Source: an uncultured bacterium (GTDB lineage Bacteria > Oederibacteriota > JAAXVQ01 > JAUVAV01). From it: a stretch of DNA of 64,000 nucleotides. The position numbers and the translations under genes were made by a program. The first letter of the stretch is position 1. Every line of letters begins with the position of its first letter. Under the pieces are notes generated by a model. That model was not told the DNA's origin. It saw only the letters and a list, made by a program, of their open reading frames with translations, and made no database searches. Shown here piece after piece: positions 1 to 10,509 of the stretch. The DNA is taken from assembly GCA_963710755.1 (NCBI GenBank), contig CAVQBK010000003.1:1-64000 (forward strand). The letters are read 5' to 3'.

Positions 1-487
1 GAAGCCCAGGAGTCTTTTTACAATTTTACCGTAAAGGATATAAATGGAAAGGATTTTCCTCGTGACTCAAAAAGTGAAAAAGGTCATGGTGGTAAATACT
101 GCCTCAAAATGCGGATTTACTCCGCAATATGCCGATCTGGAGAAAATTTATAAGCAATATGGGGGAAATAATTTTGTAATTATCGGGTTTCCGGCAAATA
201 ATTTTGCTCAGCAGGAACCGGGAACTAATTCTGAAATTAAATCATTTTGTGAGAAGAATTACGGAGTTACTTTTCCTATGATGTCGAAAATTTCTGTAAA
301 AGGTAACGATATGGCACCATTATATAAATGGCTCACTTCCAAGCAATTGAATGGGAAAATGGATTCTGAGGTAAAATGGAACTTTCAAAAATACCTAATA
401 GATGAAAACGGTAGTCTGGTAAAGGTGATCTATTCCAAAGAAAAACCCGATTCAGATGAAATTACAAGCTGGATTGCAGGAAAATGA
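1..487 (+). CDS. Glutathione peroxidase (BtuE/Gpx family), 5'-partial with apparent frameshift near 55-75
   Basis: Motifs VVNTASKCGFTPQY, GFPANNFAQQEPG and KWNFQKYLID. An upstream frame reads AQESFYNFTVKDINGKDF, the expected N-terminus. Confidence 0.9.
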
Positions 488-714
488 AGGTTTAATTGAA
501 AAGAGGGAAAATATAATGGCATAATTAATACCTGCGCCAATCTCGGAGCTTAACAAATCAAGTTCAAAATTATTTTATCTCTGAGCATAATCAGGCATCA
601 AAACTGTTGCCGGTTTTAGTTTTCTTACAGCAACCGGTCCAAAATATTGCCCATATCTTCAGGCAATTCAACTATAATTTTTTATATCTTTACTGTCCGA
701 AATTTGGGTATGGG

Positions 715-1086
715 ATGAGGAAAATGAATATTTTGGTAGTAGACGATATTTTTACAAATCGTTTGTTACTAACTGAACTGATCAGGACTATCGGACATAA
801 ATCACAGCAGGCTCAAAACGGCAGGGAGGCAATTGAATTGCTTGAGAAGGAAGAATTTGATATGATCTTTATGGATATAGAAATGCCGGTAATGAATGGT
901 CTTAAAACAACCGAATTTATAAGAAAAAATTTTCCTTATCCAAAAAATGTCATAATGATAGTGGCATTAACTGCGCATAATCCCAGTTTGTTTTTCGAAG
1001 ACTTTAGTGATGCCGGTTTTGATGAGTTGCTAACAAAACCATATTCTCTTGATAAAATTATTGACCTAATAAATAATCTTCAGTAA
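715..1086 (+). CDS. Single-domain response regulator (REC)
   Basis: ILVVDD...[15 protein letters not shown]...VALTA...KP; start moved to ATG 715. Confidence 0.9.
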   Translation: MRKMNILVVDDIFTNRLLLTELIRTIGHKSQQAQNGREAIELLEKEEFDMIFMDIEMPVMNGLKTTEFIRKNFPYPKNVIMIVALTAHNPSLFFEDFSDAGFDELLTKPYSLDKIIDLINNLQ

Positions 1087-1698
1087 GTGGATTTTATTTT
1101 TTCACCCGAATTTATGCGACAGATACTTTTGCGTATATTGTTTTGCCCGTTTTTATATTTTTCGCTAGAATTTCCGATGTTACGCTTGGGACGATTAGAA
1201 TTATATTTGTTTCCCGCGGTAATAAACTTATCGCACCTATTCTGGGTTTCTTTGAAGTATTTATCTGGGTGGTAGCTATTGGAAGTATAATCCAGCATCT
1301 TAACAGCCTTACAGCTTACCTGGCATGGGCCGCAGGTTTTGCAACAGGTAATTTCATTGGGATGGTTATAGAAGAACGGCTGGCTATCGGGAGTATACCT
1401 GGTACGTATTATTACAAAAAAAGAAGCACCAGACCTTATTAGGGAGTTGCATGATCACGGTTTTGGAGCTACTGTTATTGATGCCAAAGGCCGGGATGCC
1501 GAAGTGAACGTCATTTATACTGTTGTAAAACGTAAAGAGACATCCGGTCTTATTGAACTTATTAAACTTTATAACCCAAATGCTTTTTATGTAGTGGAAG
1601 ATGTCCGCTTTGTCAGCAATGATTCTTTCAAAACCGGCCTTATCAATAATCATAGAAGTAAATGGTACAGGTTTATTGGATGGAGGAAAGGAAAATAG
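1087..1698 (+). CDS. DUF2179/DUF5698 (UPF0316, YebE-like) membrane protein, split by two apparent frameshifts (~1112, ~1392)
   Basis: [18 protein letters not shown]...GFFEVFIW...[19 protein letters not shown], continuing as [11 protein letters not shown]...YTVVKRK...PNAFY in another frame. Confidence 0.8.
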
Positions 1699-1837
1699 AT
1701 TGTCCTGGCAAAAAGCTTTGATTTTAAGTAGGATATTATGATATATTTATGTTCATTTAATTCTGATCTGTTTTTTTAAAGTAAATTTCACTATTAAATT
1801 CATTAGTTTGAGATCCGTAGTCAACGGTCCTTCTTCC

Positions 1838-2299
1838 TCATCCATAAATTAACCCAACAATCTTCCCGAGCCATTCTGCATCAGTTTCATCAAAATTTCC
1901 CGGTTCTTTACTATCAACATCCAGTACCCCGATAATATGAAGATCCTTATCCAGAAGTGGCACAGCAACTTCAGATTTAGATCTAGAATCACATGCAATG
2001 TGGCTGGGGAATTTCTCAACATCAGGAACAATAATGGGTTTGTTATTATTAATTGAGGTCCAGCATACCCCCGTATTTTTTTTTAGGATCTGACAGGCTA
2101 CTGGTCCCTGATATGGCCCAACTCTTAATTCACCCTCTTTTAATAAATAAAAACCAGTCCAGAAAAAACCATCCATTTTATGATGCAGTATGGCATTAAT
2201 GGTAACCATCCTGCACTCAGGATCATTGGTCAGGATTACAAGTTCCTTTATTTGTTTGAAAATCCGGTCATATCGTCCTTTCTTTCTTATATTTTCCAT
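1838..2299 (-). CDS. msrC: GAF-domain protein, free methionine-R-sulfoxide reductase-like
   Basis: WTGFYL...GPYQGPVAC...GVCW...HIACDSRSKSE...GVLDVDS. Confidence 0.8.
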   Translation of the reverse strand: MENIRKKGRYDRIFKQIKELVILTNDPECRMVTINAILHHKMDGFFWTGFYLLKEGELRVGPYQGPVACQILKKNTGVCWTSINNNKPIIVPDVEKFPSHIACDSRSKSEVAVPLLDKDLHIIGVLDVDSKEPGNFDETDAEWLGKIVGLIYG

Positions 2300-2597
2300 A
2301 TATTTTTTTTTAATACAGAAATAACAAAATTAATAAATGATCCGTAAGGAATAATTTAAATATGAATTAAGATAGAGTCCTGAGTAATTTTTACTAATTT
2401 CATACTCTCATTTGATAGGATAACTTAATCAGCTAAATATTTGATCTCTTATCCTTTCTGATAAACCTGATGACATAATTATTAATTTTTAATGAATAGT
2501 TTAAGGTGGAAGTGCAAATTGTCGTTTAAAATTATTACATGAAAAAGGTTTTCACTTTTATTTCCACCTTTATCATTTAACTTATAATTTGATTCTA

Positions 2598-3638
2598 ATG
2601 CCACAAAGAGGATTTGCAAGTGATAATAATGCTGGAGTTCATCCACGGATCATGAAGGCAATCAATGATGCTAATTCATTTCATGCTCTTGCTTATGGGG
2701 ATGATCCTTATACATATAAATCACTTCAGAAAATCAAAGAGACCTTTCGTCATGATGCCGATATTTATTTTGTATTTAACGGAACCGGGGCAAATGTATT
2801 AGGACTGACTTCCTCAACTCATTCCTTTAATTCCATAATTTGCGCTGAAACAGCCCATATACAGGTTGACGAATGCGGAGCGCCTGAAAAATTTTCAGGA
2901 TGTAAATTGTTAAGTGTGGAAACCAAAGACGGTAAACTTAGAGTGGAAGACATTAAAAAACATGTACATGGTTTTGATTTTGAACATCATTCTCAGCCAG
3001 GCGTGATTTCTATCACTCAATCAACTGAATTAGGAACCGTATATAAAAAGGAAGAAATAAAAAAGATCTGCGATTATGCTCATAAAAACAGGATGGTTGT
3101 TCATGTTGACGGAGCAAGGATAGCAAATGCAGCTGTAAGTCTGGGATTAAATTTCAGGGAATTCATTAATGAAGTAGGTGTTGATGTGCTCTCATTTGGT
3201 GGTACTAAAAATGGTATGATGTATGGAGAAGCAGTGATTTTTTTCAATAAGAAAATTTCACAGAATTTCAGGTATATCAGGAAGCAGGGAATGCAACTTG
3301 CCTCAAAAATGAGATTTATTTCAGCCCAGTTTGATGCATATCTTGAAGATGACCTGTGGCTGAATAATGCCTCCCATTCGAATAAAATGGCCCAGATTCT
3401 TTATGATAATGTTAAAGATATTGACAGGGTAGTTGTTACGCAAAAAGTGGAGGCGAACAGTGTTTTTGCCATTATACCCGGGGAGATCATTCCCTCTCTT
3501 CAAAAGGAATATTTTTTCTATATGTGGGATGAAAATCGATCAGAAGTCCGCTGGATGTGTTCTTTTGACACACAGGAAAAGGATATAGAAGGATTTGTAA
3601 GAGTTTTGAAAAAATTATTATCAAAATCATCGAAGTAA
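2598..3638 (+). CDS. ltaE: Low-specificity L-threonine aldolase (PLP beta-eliminating lyase)
   Basis: FASDN, YGDDP, HVDGARIANA, SFGGTKNG, RKQGMQLASKMRF. Confidence 0.88.
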   Translation: MPQRGFASDNNAGVHPRIMKAINDANSFHALAYGDDPYTYKSLQKIKETFRHDADIYFVFNGTGANVLGLTSSTHSFNSIICAETAHIQVDECGAPEKFSGCKLLSVETKDGKLRVEDIKKHVHGFDFEHHSQPGVISITQSTELGTVYKKEEIKKICDYAHKNRMVVHVDGARIANAAVSLGLNFREFINEVGVDVLSFGGTKNGMMYGEAVIFFNKKISQNFRYIRKQGMQLASKMRFISAQFDAYLEDDLWLNNASHSNKMAQILYDNVKDIDRVVVTQKVEANSVFAIIPGEIIPSLQKEYFFYMWDENRSEVRWMCSFDTQEKDIEGFVRVLKKLLSKSSK

Positions 3639-4844
3639 CAGGGAACTGTCCCCGTAACTCAGGAACCGGAATCCGTTATACAGCGCATAATCATAGATTT
3701 TTTTCCAGTCTTCTCCCGTAAATGCAGCTATTAACATCAGAAGGGTACTGTAGGGTTGATGAAAATTAGTGATCATTCCGTCTATCATTCGGAAATTATA
3801 ACCGGGTGCGATCATAATTCGGGTGGAAGCACTTAGATTTTCCATTTTATGCTGCTGCATATAATTCAGTACATTTTCAAGGGATTTTTTCCTGTTGTAA
3901 CCTTCCTTTAATCTGAAAGGTTCCCATTGATCCAGATACAATGAACCGTTTATGGATTTTACAGTATCAATTTTAACCCCCAGCCAGTAAATACTTTCAA
4001 GGGTCCGTACTGAAGTGGTACCAACAGCTATAAATTTATGCTCTGATTTATATAATTGTTCGAGACTATTTCTGCTGATAAAGATCTGTTCACTGTGCAT
4101 ACCATGCTTTGAAGCATCCTGTTCCTTGACAGGCAGAAAGGTCCCGGCCCCAACATGGAGAGTAAGATCTGTTCTTGAAATACCTTTTTCTATCAACGAA
4201 TCCATTATCCCGGCCGTGAAATGAAGTCCGGCTGTGGGCGCAGCTACTGATCCTTCATTTTTGGAATAGACAGTCTGATAACGTAATTTATCCGTTTCTT
4301 CCGCTTCTCTGTCAAGATAGGGTGGGATAGGAGTTAACCCGGTGCTGGAAATGATTGCAGAAAAATTTACAAGATGATTATCCCATCTGAATTTTATTAA
4401 AAAGGTAACATTTTCAAATGCAATCTTTTCTGCATATAAATTGATGCAAAAATTTCCTATCAGTATTTGTTTTTCCAGTTTTTCTTCCTTCCATTTTTTT
4501 GCATTACCAACCAGACATTTCCATGTGCATTCCTTTTTTGATGCAAATGAATTTTGATATTCTGCAGGTTCATAAGGTTCCAGCAGGAATAATTCAATGA
4601 TGGCGCCTGTGGATTTATAAAACAGGAGCCTTGCCTGGATTACCCTGGTATTATTAAATATTAATTTATGCTCTGGGGTAAGGATATCAGGAAGATCACT
4701 AAAAAGATAACTATTGATTTCTTTATTCCTGTATACTAATAGTTTGGATCCATCTCTAGTCTCCAGTGGATATTTTGCAATTTTTTCATCGGGTAAAATA
4801 TATTTATAATCATCTGTGTTAATTTTCCCGGGAAACTCCATCAT
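3627..4844 (-). CDS. queA: S-adenosylmethionine:tRNA ribosyltransferase-isomerase (Bacteroidota long type)
   Basis: FNNTRVIQARL, PIPPYL, YQTVYS..GSVAAPTAGLHFT, TNFHQP.STLL, FLSYGD. Confidence 0.95.
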   Translation of the reverse strand: MMEFPGKINTDDYKYILPDEKIAKYPLETRDGSKLLVYRNKEINSYLFSDLPDILTPEHKLIFNNTRVIQARLLFYKSTGAIIELFLLEPYEPAEYQNSFASKKECTWKCLVGNAKKWKEEKLEKQILIGNFCINLYAEKIAFENVTFLIKFRWDNHLVNFSAIISSTGLTPIPPYLDREAEETDKLRYQTVYSKNEGSVAAPTAGLHFTAGIMDSLIEKGISRTDLTLHVGAGTFLPVKEQDASKHGMHSEQIFISRNSLEQLYKSEHKFIAVGTTSVRTLESIYWLGVKIDTVKSINGSLYLDQWEPFRLKEGYNRKKSLENVLNYMQQHKMENLSASTRIMIAPGYNFRMIDGMITNFHQPYSTLLMLIAAFTGEDWKKIYDYALYNGFRFLSYGDSSLLLR

Positions 4845-5100
4845 ATGCTTAAATATTTAAAGAGTTCGTTCTGACTAATTTTACCATGAATTTAATATAA
4901 TCGTATAATCCATTTAAAAGACCATGGTTCATGTCATGGTCTAAGATATAAAGTCATTTTATTAACCAATTCATTATGTCGATTTCACGTACTTTTATTT
5001 ACATAGATTAAACTGTAATAAATATACTCATATTGCCTGTAAAACCTGAATTTTTGTTAAAAGCATGCCAAAATTAGTAATTTTGTAAAAACATATTACT

Positions 5101-6135
5101 ATGAAACTAAATGTAGGAGATAAAGTAAAATTTCTGAATGAAAAAGGGGAAGGTAAAGTTTCCGGCTTTCTGAATGATAGAACTGCTGTAATCGAGACCA
5201 ACGATGGATTTGAAATCCCTGTTTTGATTAAAGAACTGGTTATTTCATCGGGTCAGTCTGATTCACAAAATATTGATTCGAATCCTCAGGTAAAAAATGT
5301 ACCTGAAATAAAAGGAAATACAAAAAATATTCTATCCGATAATATAAAAATTCCGGAAGAACTGGATGAACAGATCTTGCTGGGTTTTCTGATAAAAGAA
5401 GGAGGAGCGGGTTTATTCGTTTATCTGTTGAATAACTCAAGCTTTAACTTATATTATTTAATTTCAGAAAATTTTGGACATAAAAGTCTGCATTTTGATC
5501 ATGGTGAATTGGAATCAGGAGTAAAAATGAGAATAAAGAAGTTTATGCCGGAAAATATTGGCGAAATTGTAAGATTTGATGTTCAGATTATTTTATTCAA
5601 ATCAAAAATATTTGAGGCTCAGGATCCTGTCCATAAAACTATTTTTATAAATCCATCAGAGATTTTCTCAGGTAAATTATTGACATCGAATGAATATTTT
5701 GATAAAAAAGCTGCAATTTTTGTCATTACAGACTTGAAAGATCCTGATCGCTTTACATCTCCCTCACATACCGATCTGATAAATATAGTGGTTCAAAAAC
5801 CTGAAAAAATTAAGGAAGAAAATATTGTTCAAAATACGACACCAAAGACAGATGGGCCTGATGAGGTTGATTTGCATATTGAAGCTATCATGGATAATTA
5901 TTCCGGGTTGAGTAACGGGGAAATTTTAGAAATTCAGATGGCCAGGTTTAAAACAAGTCTGGAAACCGCTATCATTCATAAAGACAGAAGAATAGTCTTT
6001 ATTCATGGAGTTGGAAACGGAAAACTAAAATATTCCATCAGGAAAACCCTGGAAGAAAAATATCCTGATCTGAAATTCCAGGATGCAAGCTTTAGGGAAT
6101 ATGGTTATGGAGCAACGATGGTGATTATCCCCTAA
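5101..6135 (+). CDS. DUF2027 + C-terminal Smr domain protein (Bacteroidota)
   Basis: N-terminal GDKVKFLNE.GEG...DGFEIPV; C-terminal EVDLHIE...IVFIHGVGNGKL...DASFREYGYGAT. Confidence 0.88.
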   Translation: MKLNVGDKVKFLNEKGEGKVSGFLNDRTAVIETNDGFEIPVLIKELVISSGQSDSQNIDSNPQVKNVPEIKGNTKNILSDNIKIPEELDEQILLGFLIKEGGAGLFVYLLNNSSFNLYYLISENFGHKSLHFDHGELESGVKMRIKKFMPENIGEIVRFDVQIILFKSKIFEAQDPVHKTIFINPSEIFSGKLLTSNEYFDKKAAIFVITDLKDPDRFTSPSHTDLINIVVQKPEKIKEENIVQNTTPKTDGPDEVDLHIEAIMDNYSGLSNGEILEIQMARFKTSLETAIIHKDRRIVFIHGVGNGKLKYSIRKTLEEKYPDLKFQDASFREYGYGATMVIIP

Positions 6136-6369
6136 ATAGATATTTAACGTAATTCATTTATCCTGAATGTTAAAGGATATCTATAAGTTGCTACAATATG
6201 GAATTTATAACTTACAAAAATTTTAATATTTAGCCGTTTGCCTCTTCCACTGTAACAGCTGCTGCCGCTGCAAATACTGCTGCACTGACACTGTCTCTGC
6301 TTGTTTGAGTTTGCATTTGGCATTTACCTGCATGGCTTAAAACGTGGCAACAAGTCTGAATAAATCTAG

Positions 6370-6377
6370 TATCTTTG
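6370..6377 (+). promoter_or_regulatory. Bacteroidota -7 promoter element (TAnnTTTG) for rnpB
   Basis: TATCTTTG lies just upstream of the RNase P RNA 5' end. A similar TAATTTTG precedes the Smr gene (~5078). Confidence 0.65.
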
Positions 6378-6383
6378 TAAAAT

Positions 6384-6715
6384 AGTTGATCGTTCTATCG
6401 CTCAATCGTTTATTCGATTGAGAGGAAAGTCCGGGCAATACAGAGCACTGCACTTCGAAAGACAGGTATTCGCGAGGGTACAGTACCGGAACAGAAAATA
6501 ACCGTCTTTCTTAAGTGTGATAAGGGTGAAAAGGTGAGGTAAGAGCTCACCGGTCCTGCGGTAACAGCGGGATGCCGTCCGGCTTACAGATTGCAAGACC
6601 AAATATACCGGCATTTAAGGAGCTGCTCGTTCTTTGCCGGGGGGTAGGTCGCTCAGATAAATGATAGAAGTTGTTTCCCTGGTAAATAATACAGAACCCG
6701 GCTTACAGATCAACT
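6384..6715 (+). ncRNA. rnpB: RNase P RNA (type A)
   Basis: GAGGAAAGTCCGGGC, ACAGAAA, GGGTGAAAAGGTGAGGTAAGAGCTCACC, AGATAAATG and ACAGAACCCGGCTTA are present; P1 is AGTTGATC/GATCAACT. Confidence 0.97.
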
Positions 6716-6720
6716 TAAGT

Positions 6721-6750
6721 TAAAAGGCTGCCGGAAATGGCAGCCTTTTA
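6721..6750. terminator. Bidirectional intrinsic terminator between rnpB and kdsA
   Basis: TAAAAGGCTGCC-GGAAAT-GGCAGCCTTTTA. Confidence 0.85.
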
Positions 6751-6884
6751 TTATTAGCCTGAAAATTTATTTTATTTATGACAGGATTTAAACCTGCATT
6801 TTTTGCGGATCGACCTTCATTATTCTTCTTTTATTGAAGTGTTCAATGGTATTAGCGGGCCATATTCTGTTCTCCACAATTCAC

Positions 6885-7714
6885 TTATCTGTCAATTTTA
6901 ATTACTACCTCCCTGATTTTAGTAAGATTGGCCAGCAAATGTTCAAGCTTATCAAGCTGAAGCATATTTGCCCCGTCAGATTTTGCAGAAGCCGGATCAG
7001 GATGTGTTTCCAGGAATATTCCGTCAACGCCGTTAACGATTCCGGCACGTGCAATAGTTTCAATCATCTCAGGTCTGCCTCCTGAAACACCTTCAGGCTG
7101 GTTAGGTTGCTGCAGTGAATGTGTAATATCCAGTACCACAGGCTTACCGAACTTTTTCATTTCTGTTATTCCCCTGAAATCAACGATTAGATCCTGATAC
7201 CCAAACATGGTTCCCCGATCGGTTATCATTACATTTTCATTTCCGGATTCAATTACCTTGTTTATAGCATAAATCATGGATGAAGGGGCAACAAATTGAC
7301 CCTTTCTTTATATTAATCCACTTTCCGGTTTTTGCAGCGGCAACCAATAAATCAGTCTGACGGGACAGAAATGCAGGTATCTGCAAAATATCCACATAAT
7401 CTGCAGCTATCACGGCTTCTGCCTCAGAATGGATGTCGGTTATAACTGGAATGTGAAATTGTTCCCTTACTTCAGCCAGGATCTGTAAGTGCCTTTTCAT
7501 CGCCGATACCAGTAAAGGAATCCAGGCGGGACCGGTTGGCTTTTTTATACGACCCCTTAAAAATATATGGAATATTATATTTATCTGTAATCCTGGTAAT
7601 TTTTTCTGCTATACTTAATGCTAAATCCCTGCTCTCTATGACACAGGGACCTGCTAGCAGAAAAAAATTCCGGCTGTTGGAATTATGCAAATCCGGTAAT
7701 GCTTTTAATATCAT
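6885..7714 (-). CDS. kdsA: KDO 8-phosphate synthase, two apparent frameshifts (~7490, ~7290)
   Basis: Three frames give AGPCVIES..KGSYKKANRS / QIPAFLSRQTDLL..INIKKG / DRGTMFGY.DL.VD..DITHSLQQP..FLETHPDP..AKSDG. Confidence 0.92.
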
Positions 7715-7770
7715 CCTTCAAATTAATTATTTGTAAAATAAACCAAATCTTCTTGTAACCTCTTGACGAC

Positions 7771-7781
7771 TACGTATTGCT
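7771..7781 (+). other. Remnant of Oxford Nanopore ligation adapter / chimeric junction
   Basis: TACGTATTGCT equals the 3' end of the ONT adapter AATGTACTTCGTTCAGTTACGTATTGCT and sits exactly at the AT-rich to GC-rich switch. Confidence 0.8.
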
Positions 7782-8506
7782 GCCAGGTCTGGAGTGCCCG
7801 CGACACCGTGCTCGAGCGCGCGGTGGCGGTCAAGGTGTTGCCTGAGGACGTCGCCGCGGAGCCGACGAGGCGTCAACGCTTCGAGCGGGAGGCCCGCGCC
7901 GTTGCCCGCCTGAGCCACCCCAACATCATGGCGATCTATGACTTCGGGACTGAGGGCGGGCGGCCGTATGCGGTCATGGAGCTGCTCGAGGGCGGCGACC
8001 TTCGCAAGCTCCTGTCGGCGGGCACACTGCCGTGGCGGAGAGCACTCGACCTCGGCCTTCAGGTCGCGCACGGCCTCGACGCGGCGCACCGCCAGGGTGT
8101 GGTCCACCGCGACCTCAAGCCCACCAACCTGTTTCTCACCTCGGACGGTGTGGTCAAGCTGCTCGACTTCGGCCTCGCCCGGCTGGCCGAACCGCGGCCG
8201 GGAGAGGGGGGCCTTGACCCGACTCTCACGGACCAGGGGGTGGCGGTGGGGACCGCCGCCTACATGGCGCCCGAGCAGGTGCGTGGACGGCCCTCGGACG
8301 CTCGCTCGGACCTGTTCTCCCTCGGCTGCGTGATGTACGAGATGCTGTCGGGCCGACGGGCGTTCCGGGGCGGCTCCTCCGGCGAGGTGATGTCGGCGAT
8401 CCTGCGCGACGAGCCGGACCCTCTCGAGCCGGCGGTCCCGGCAGCCCTGCGCGACGTGATCACTCGTTGCCTGCGCAAGCGCGCCGGGGACCGCTTCGGC
8501 TCGGCG
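7782..8506 (+). CDS. Hanks-type Ser/Thr protein kinase, internal fragment from a high-GC organism
   Basis: VAVKVL, RFEREA, HRDLKPTN, KLLDFGLA, GTAAYMAPEQ, SDLFSLG; the glycine-rich loop and C-terminus are missing. Confidence 0.9.
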
Positions 8507-8655
8507 TTTTATCCTATTTTCAACGGCATCGATCACGCCTATGTGCATCCCCAAACGTTTATCCCTAGAACCATTTTTATGCAATAACTCCCGGAAGTCA
8601 AGGGGAGGTCGGAGATCCCGTCTTCGCTTTTTAAGTTACGCCGGGCAAGCGGAGA

Positions 8656-9658
8656 TCAAAAATCAGAGAGAGCACAATACGCCGCACCCATAAGGGCTGC
8701 TTTATCGTTCAGAATGACGTTAACAGGGACTTTTTCGAGAAAGCCCCTAAACCTTCCTTTGTTTACAAATGCCTTCATAAAAATATCTTCTTTGAGTTTG
8801 GGCAAAATCTTTGGCGAAATTCCGCCGCCTAAAAAAATCCCGCCGGTGGTCAGACCGAATAGCGCGAAATTGCCGGCAACGGCTCCGAAAATGGAGACAA
8901 ACATCTCCAGCGCTTCAATACATGCGGGATCTTTGTTAGACAGGGCACCGTCGGTAATGGCTTTCGCAGGATCCGTCTCATTCAGTTTTTGATTGAGCCC
9001 TTCAGGTTCATTAACTCGGCCCGAGTTTTTCAACCAGTCATAAATATTCACCAAACCCTTCCCGGAAACCACCCGCTCAATGCTCACATGCCCATAACGC
9101 TGGTGAAGATACTGCCACAGATCGGCTTCCGGTTCATTATTCGGTGCAAAATCGGAATGCCCCCCCTCGGATGATATCGGCACGTATCGCCCCTCATGAT
9201 ACAACATCATAGCAATCCCCAGCCCTGTTCCAGGAGCGATCAGTCCAAGATGACCCCCCTTTGCCCCATCGGCCTGATTCAAAGGATAAAATTCATCCGC
9301 ATTCAACAGCGGGACAGCCATTGCCGTAGCGGCTAAATCGTTGACGATCCTGACATGTTGAAAGGAAAATTGTTTCTTGATCCGATCTTGGGATACATCG
9401 CCAGGGCAGATTGGTGGTTTTGGATTTTCCGCCGATAACGGGTCCTGCAATGCCAAAGCATGCACGGCTGACCACCTCAGGGTGCATGTGAAGAAATTTC
9501 CGGATAATGTGCTCCAGATCAGGTGCATCCGAACTTGAAAACGTTTCCATCACTTCTATCTCAGGACGATCTTTGTTTTCGGAAAAGAGCCCCAAGTTTG
9601 TTTTTGTCCCGCCGATATCTCCGGCCAGCACAAATGCGTTCTCTGTCGTGGTTGTCAT
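8656..9658 (-). CDS. glk: Glucokinase, apparent frameshift ~9400
   Basis: LAGDIGGTKT..GIAGPV..TNLPW, then VND..APGTGLG..SEGGH..ERVVSG..GGIFLGGGI..KGRF. Confidence 0.92.
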
Positions 9659-9758
9659 GGCGTTTAATTCCTGTTATTTTTTTTAAGTAAAGAATCCGAG
9701 CCCAGAGGGCTCGGCTTTGGTTATCCCCTGAAAGGGGATATTTTATTCAAAACCGTAT

Positions 9759-9884
9759 AAGTTAAAAGTGCCTAAAGTGATCTAAAGTGCCTAAAGTTAT
9801 GGTGTCGCTTCGCTCCAATGTTTTTATATAATTGACAGAATTCCTTAACTTTAGCTCACTTTAAACTTTAGTTCACTTCAAACT
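9759..9884. repeat. Palindromic short-unit repeat element, copy A
   Basis: Left arm of AAAGTG(C/A)..T units, core GTGTCGCTTCGCTC..TATATAATTGA, right arm of ACTTTAG(C/T)TCACTT units complementary to the left arm. Confidence 0.85.
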
Positions 9885-10071
9885 CTTGCAGCGATTCTTC
9901 AGGCAGAGCCAAAGAACTCTGACTCCCGCATTGCGGGACAGGCTTGGCCCAAAGGACCAGGTTTTCCAGGACAAAATAAAATGTTATGCATCCCTGCGCA
10001 AATATTATTTCTTAAAACAGCCGGAACGCTTGAATTTTAGGTTTATCTATAATGTAATTGATAAGAGTTAC

Positions 10072-10393
10072 ACCTTAATTGAGTGAAAATCGAGGATGCC
10101 CCAGATCCAAGGCGACCGAGGGTGAAGCTGTAGTCAGCTACCGCGAACCCTCGGCAACGAAGGAGATCCCCGTGGGCGGGATTTCGCTTCGCTCAAGGCG
10201 CATTTATCGGTTTTCCCGACCTGTTGGGTCGTAGCTGAAAGCGAAGCCCAAAGGGTAAACAAAACCGATATAAAATTGCAGAATTCATATCGAACTGTTG
10301 GTAGAGATATAAAAAATTGTTCAAATCACAGGAAGATACATATAAATTAATGCATTATAATCCCAATCGGTTTTGTTTACACTCATTTGAGGT
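10072..10393. mobile_element. Putative MITE-like non-coding element with nested inverted repeats
   Basis: Outer IR ACCTTAATTGAGTG (10072-85) / CACTCATTTGAGGT (10380-93), 12/14 match. Inner perfect 15-bp IR GTAAACAAAACCGAT (10255-69) / ATCGGTTTTGTTTAC (10366-80). GC-rich internal stem CCGAGGGT/ACCCTCGG. Confidence 0.55.
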
Positions 10394-10509
10394 TACATTC
10401 AGTTTATTGAGGTGGTATAATTTAATTAAAACACCAAACGCAATGGAACACTTAAATACTTAATCAAATAAAATTTATATGAATTCATTAATTTTACAAA
10501 GGAGAATTT

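Noticed and set aside
6223-6333. Two tiny minus-strand ORFs (28 and 36 aa) in a low-complexity GCT/CACTG-rich patch before rnpB
   Set aside because: No homology cue; low-complexity sequence readily gives short open frames.
6885-7714. Programmed frameshifting or pseudogenisation of kdsA and glk
   Set aside because: No slippery-site or stimulator pattern, and errors cluster throughout the low-quality segment.
7727-8584. 285-aa minus-strand ORF and other ORFs over the kinase
   Set aside because: Antisense shadow ORFs of GC-rich coding sequence.
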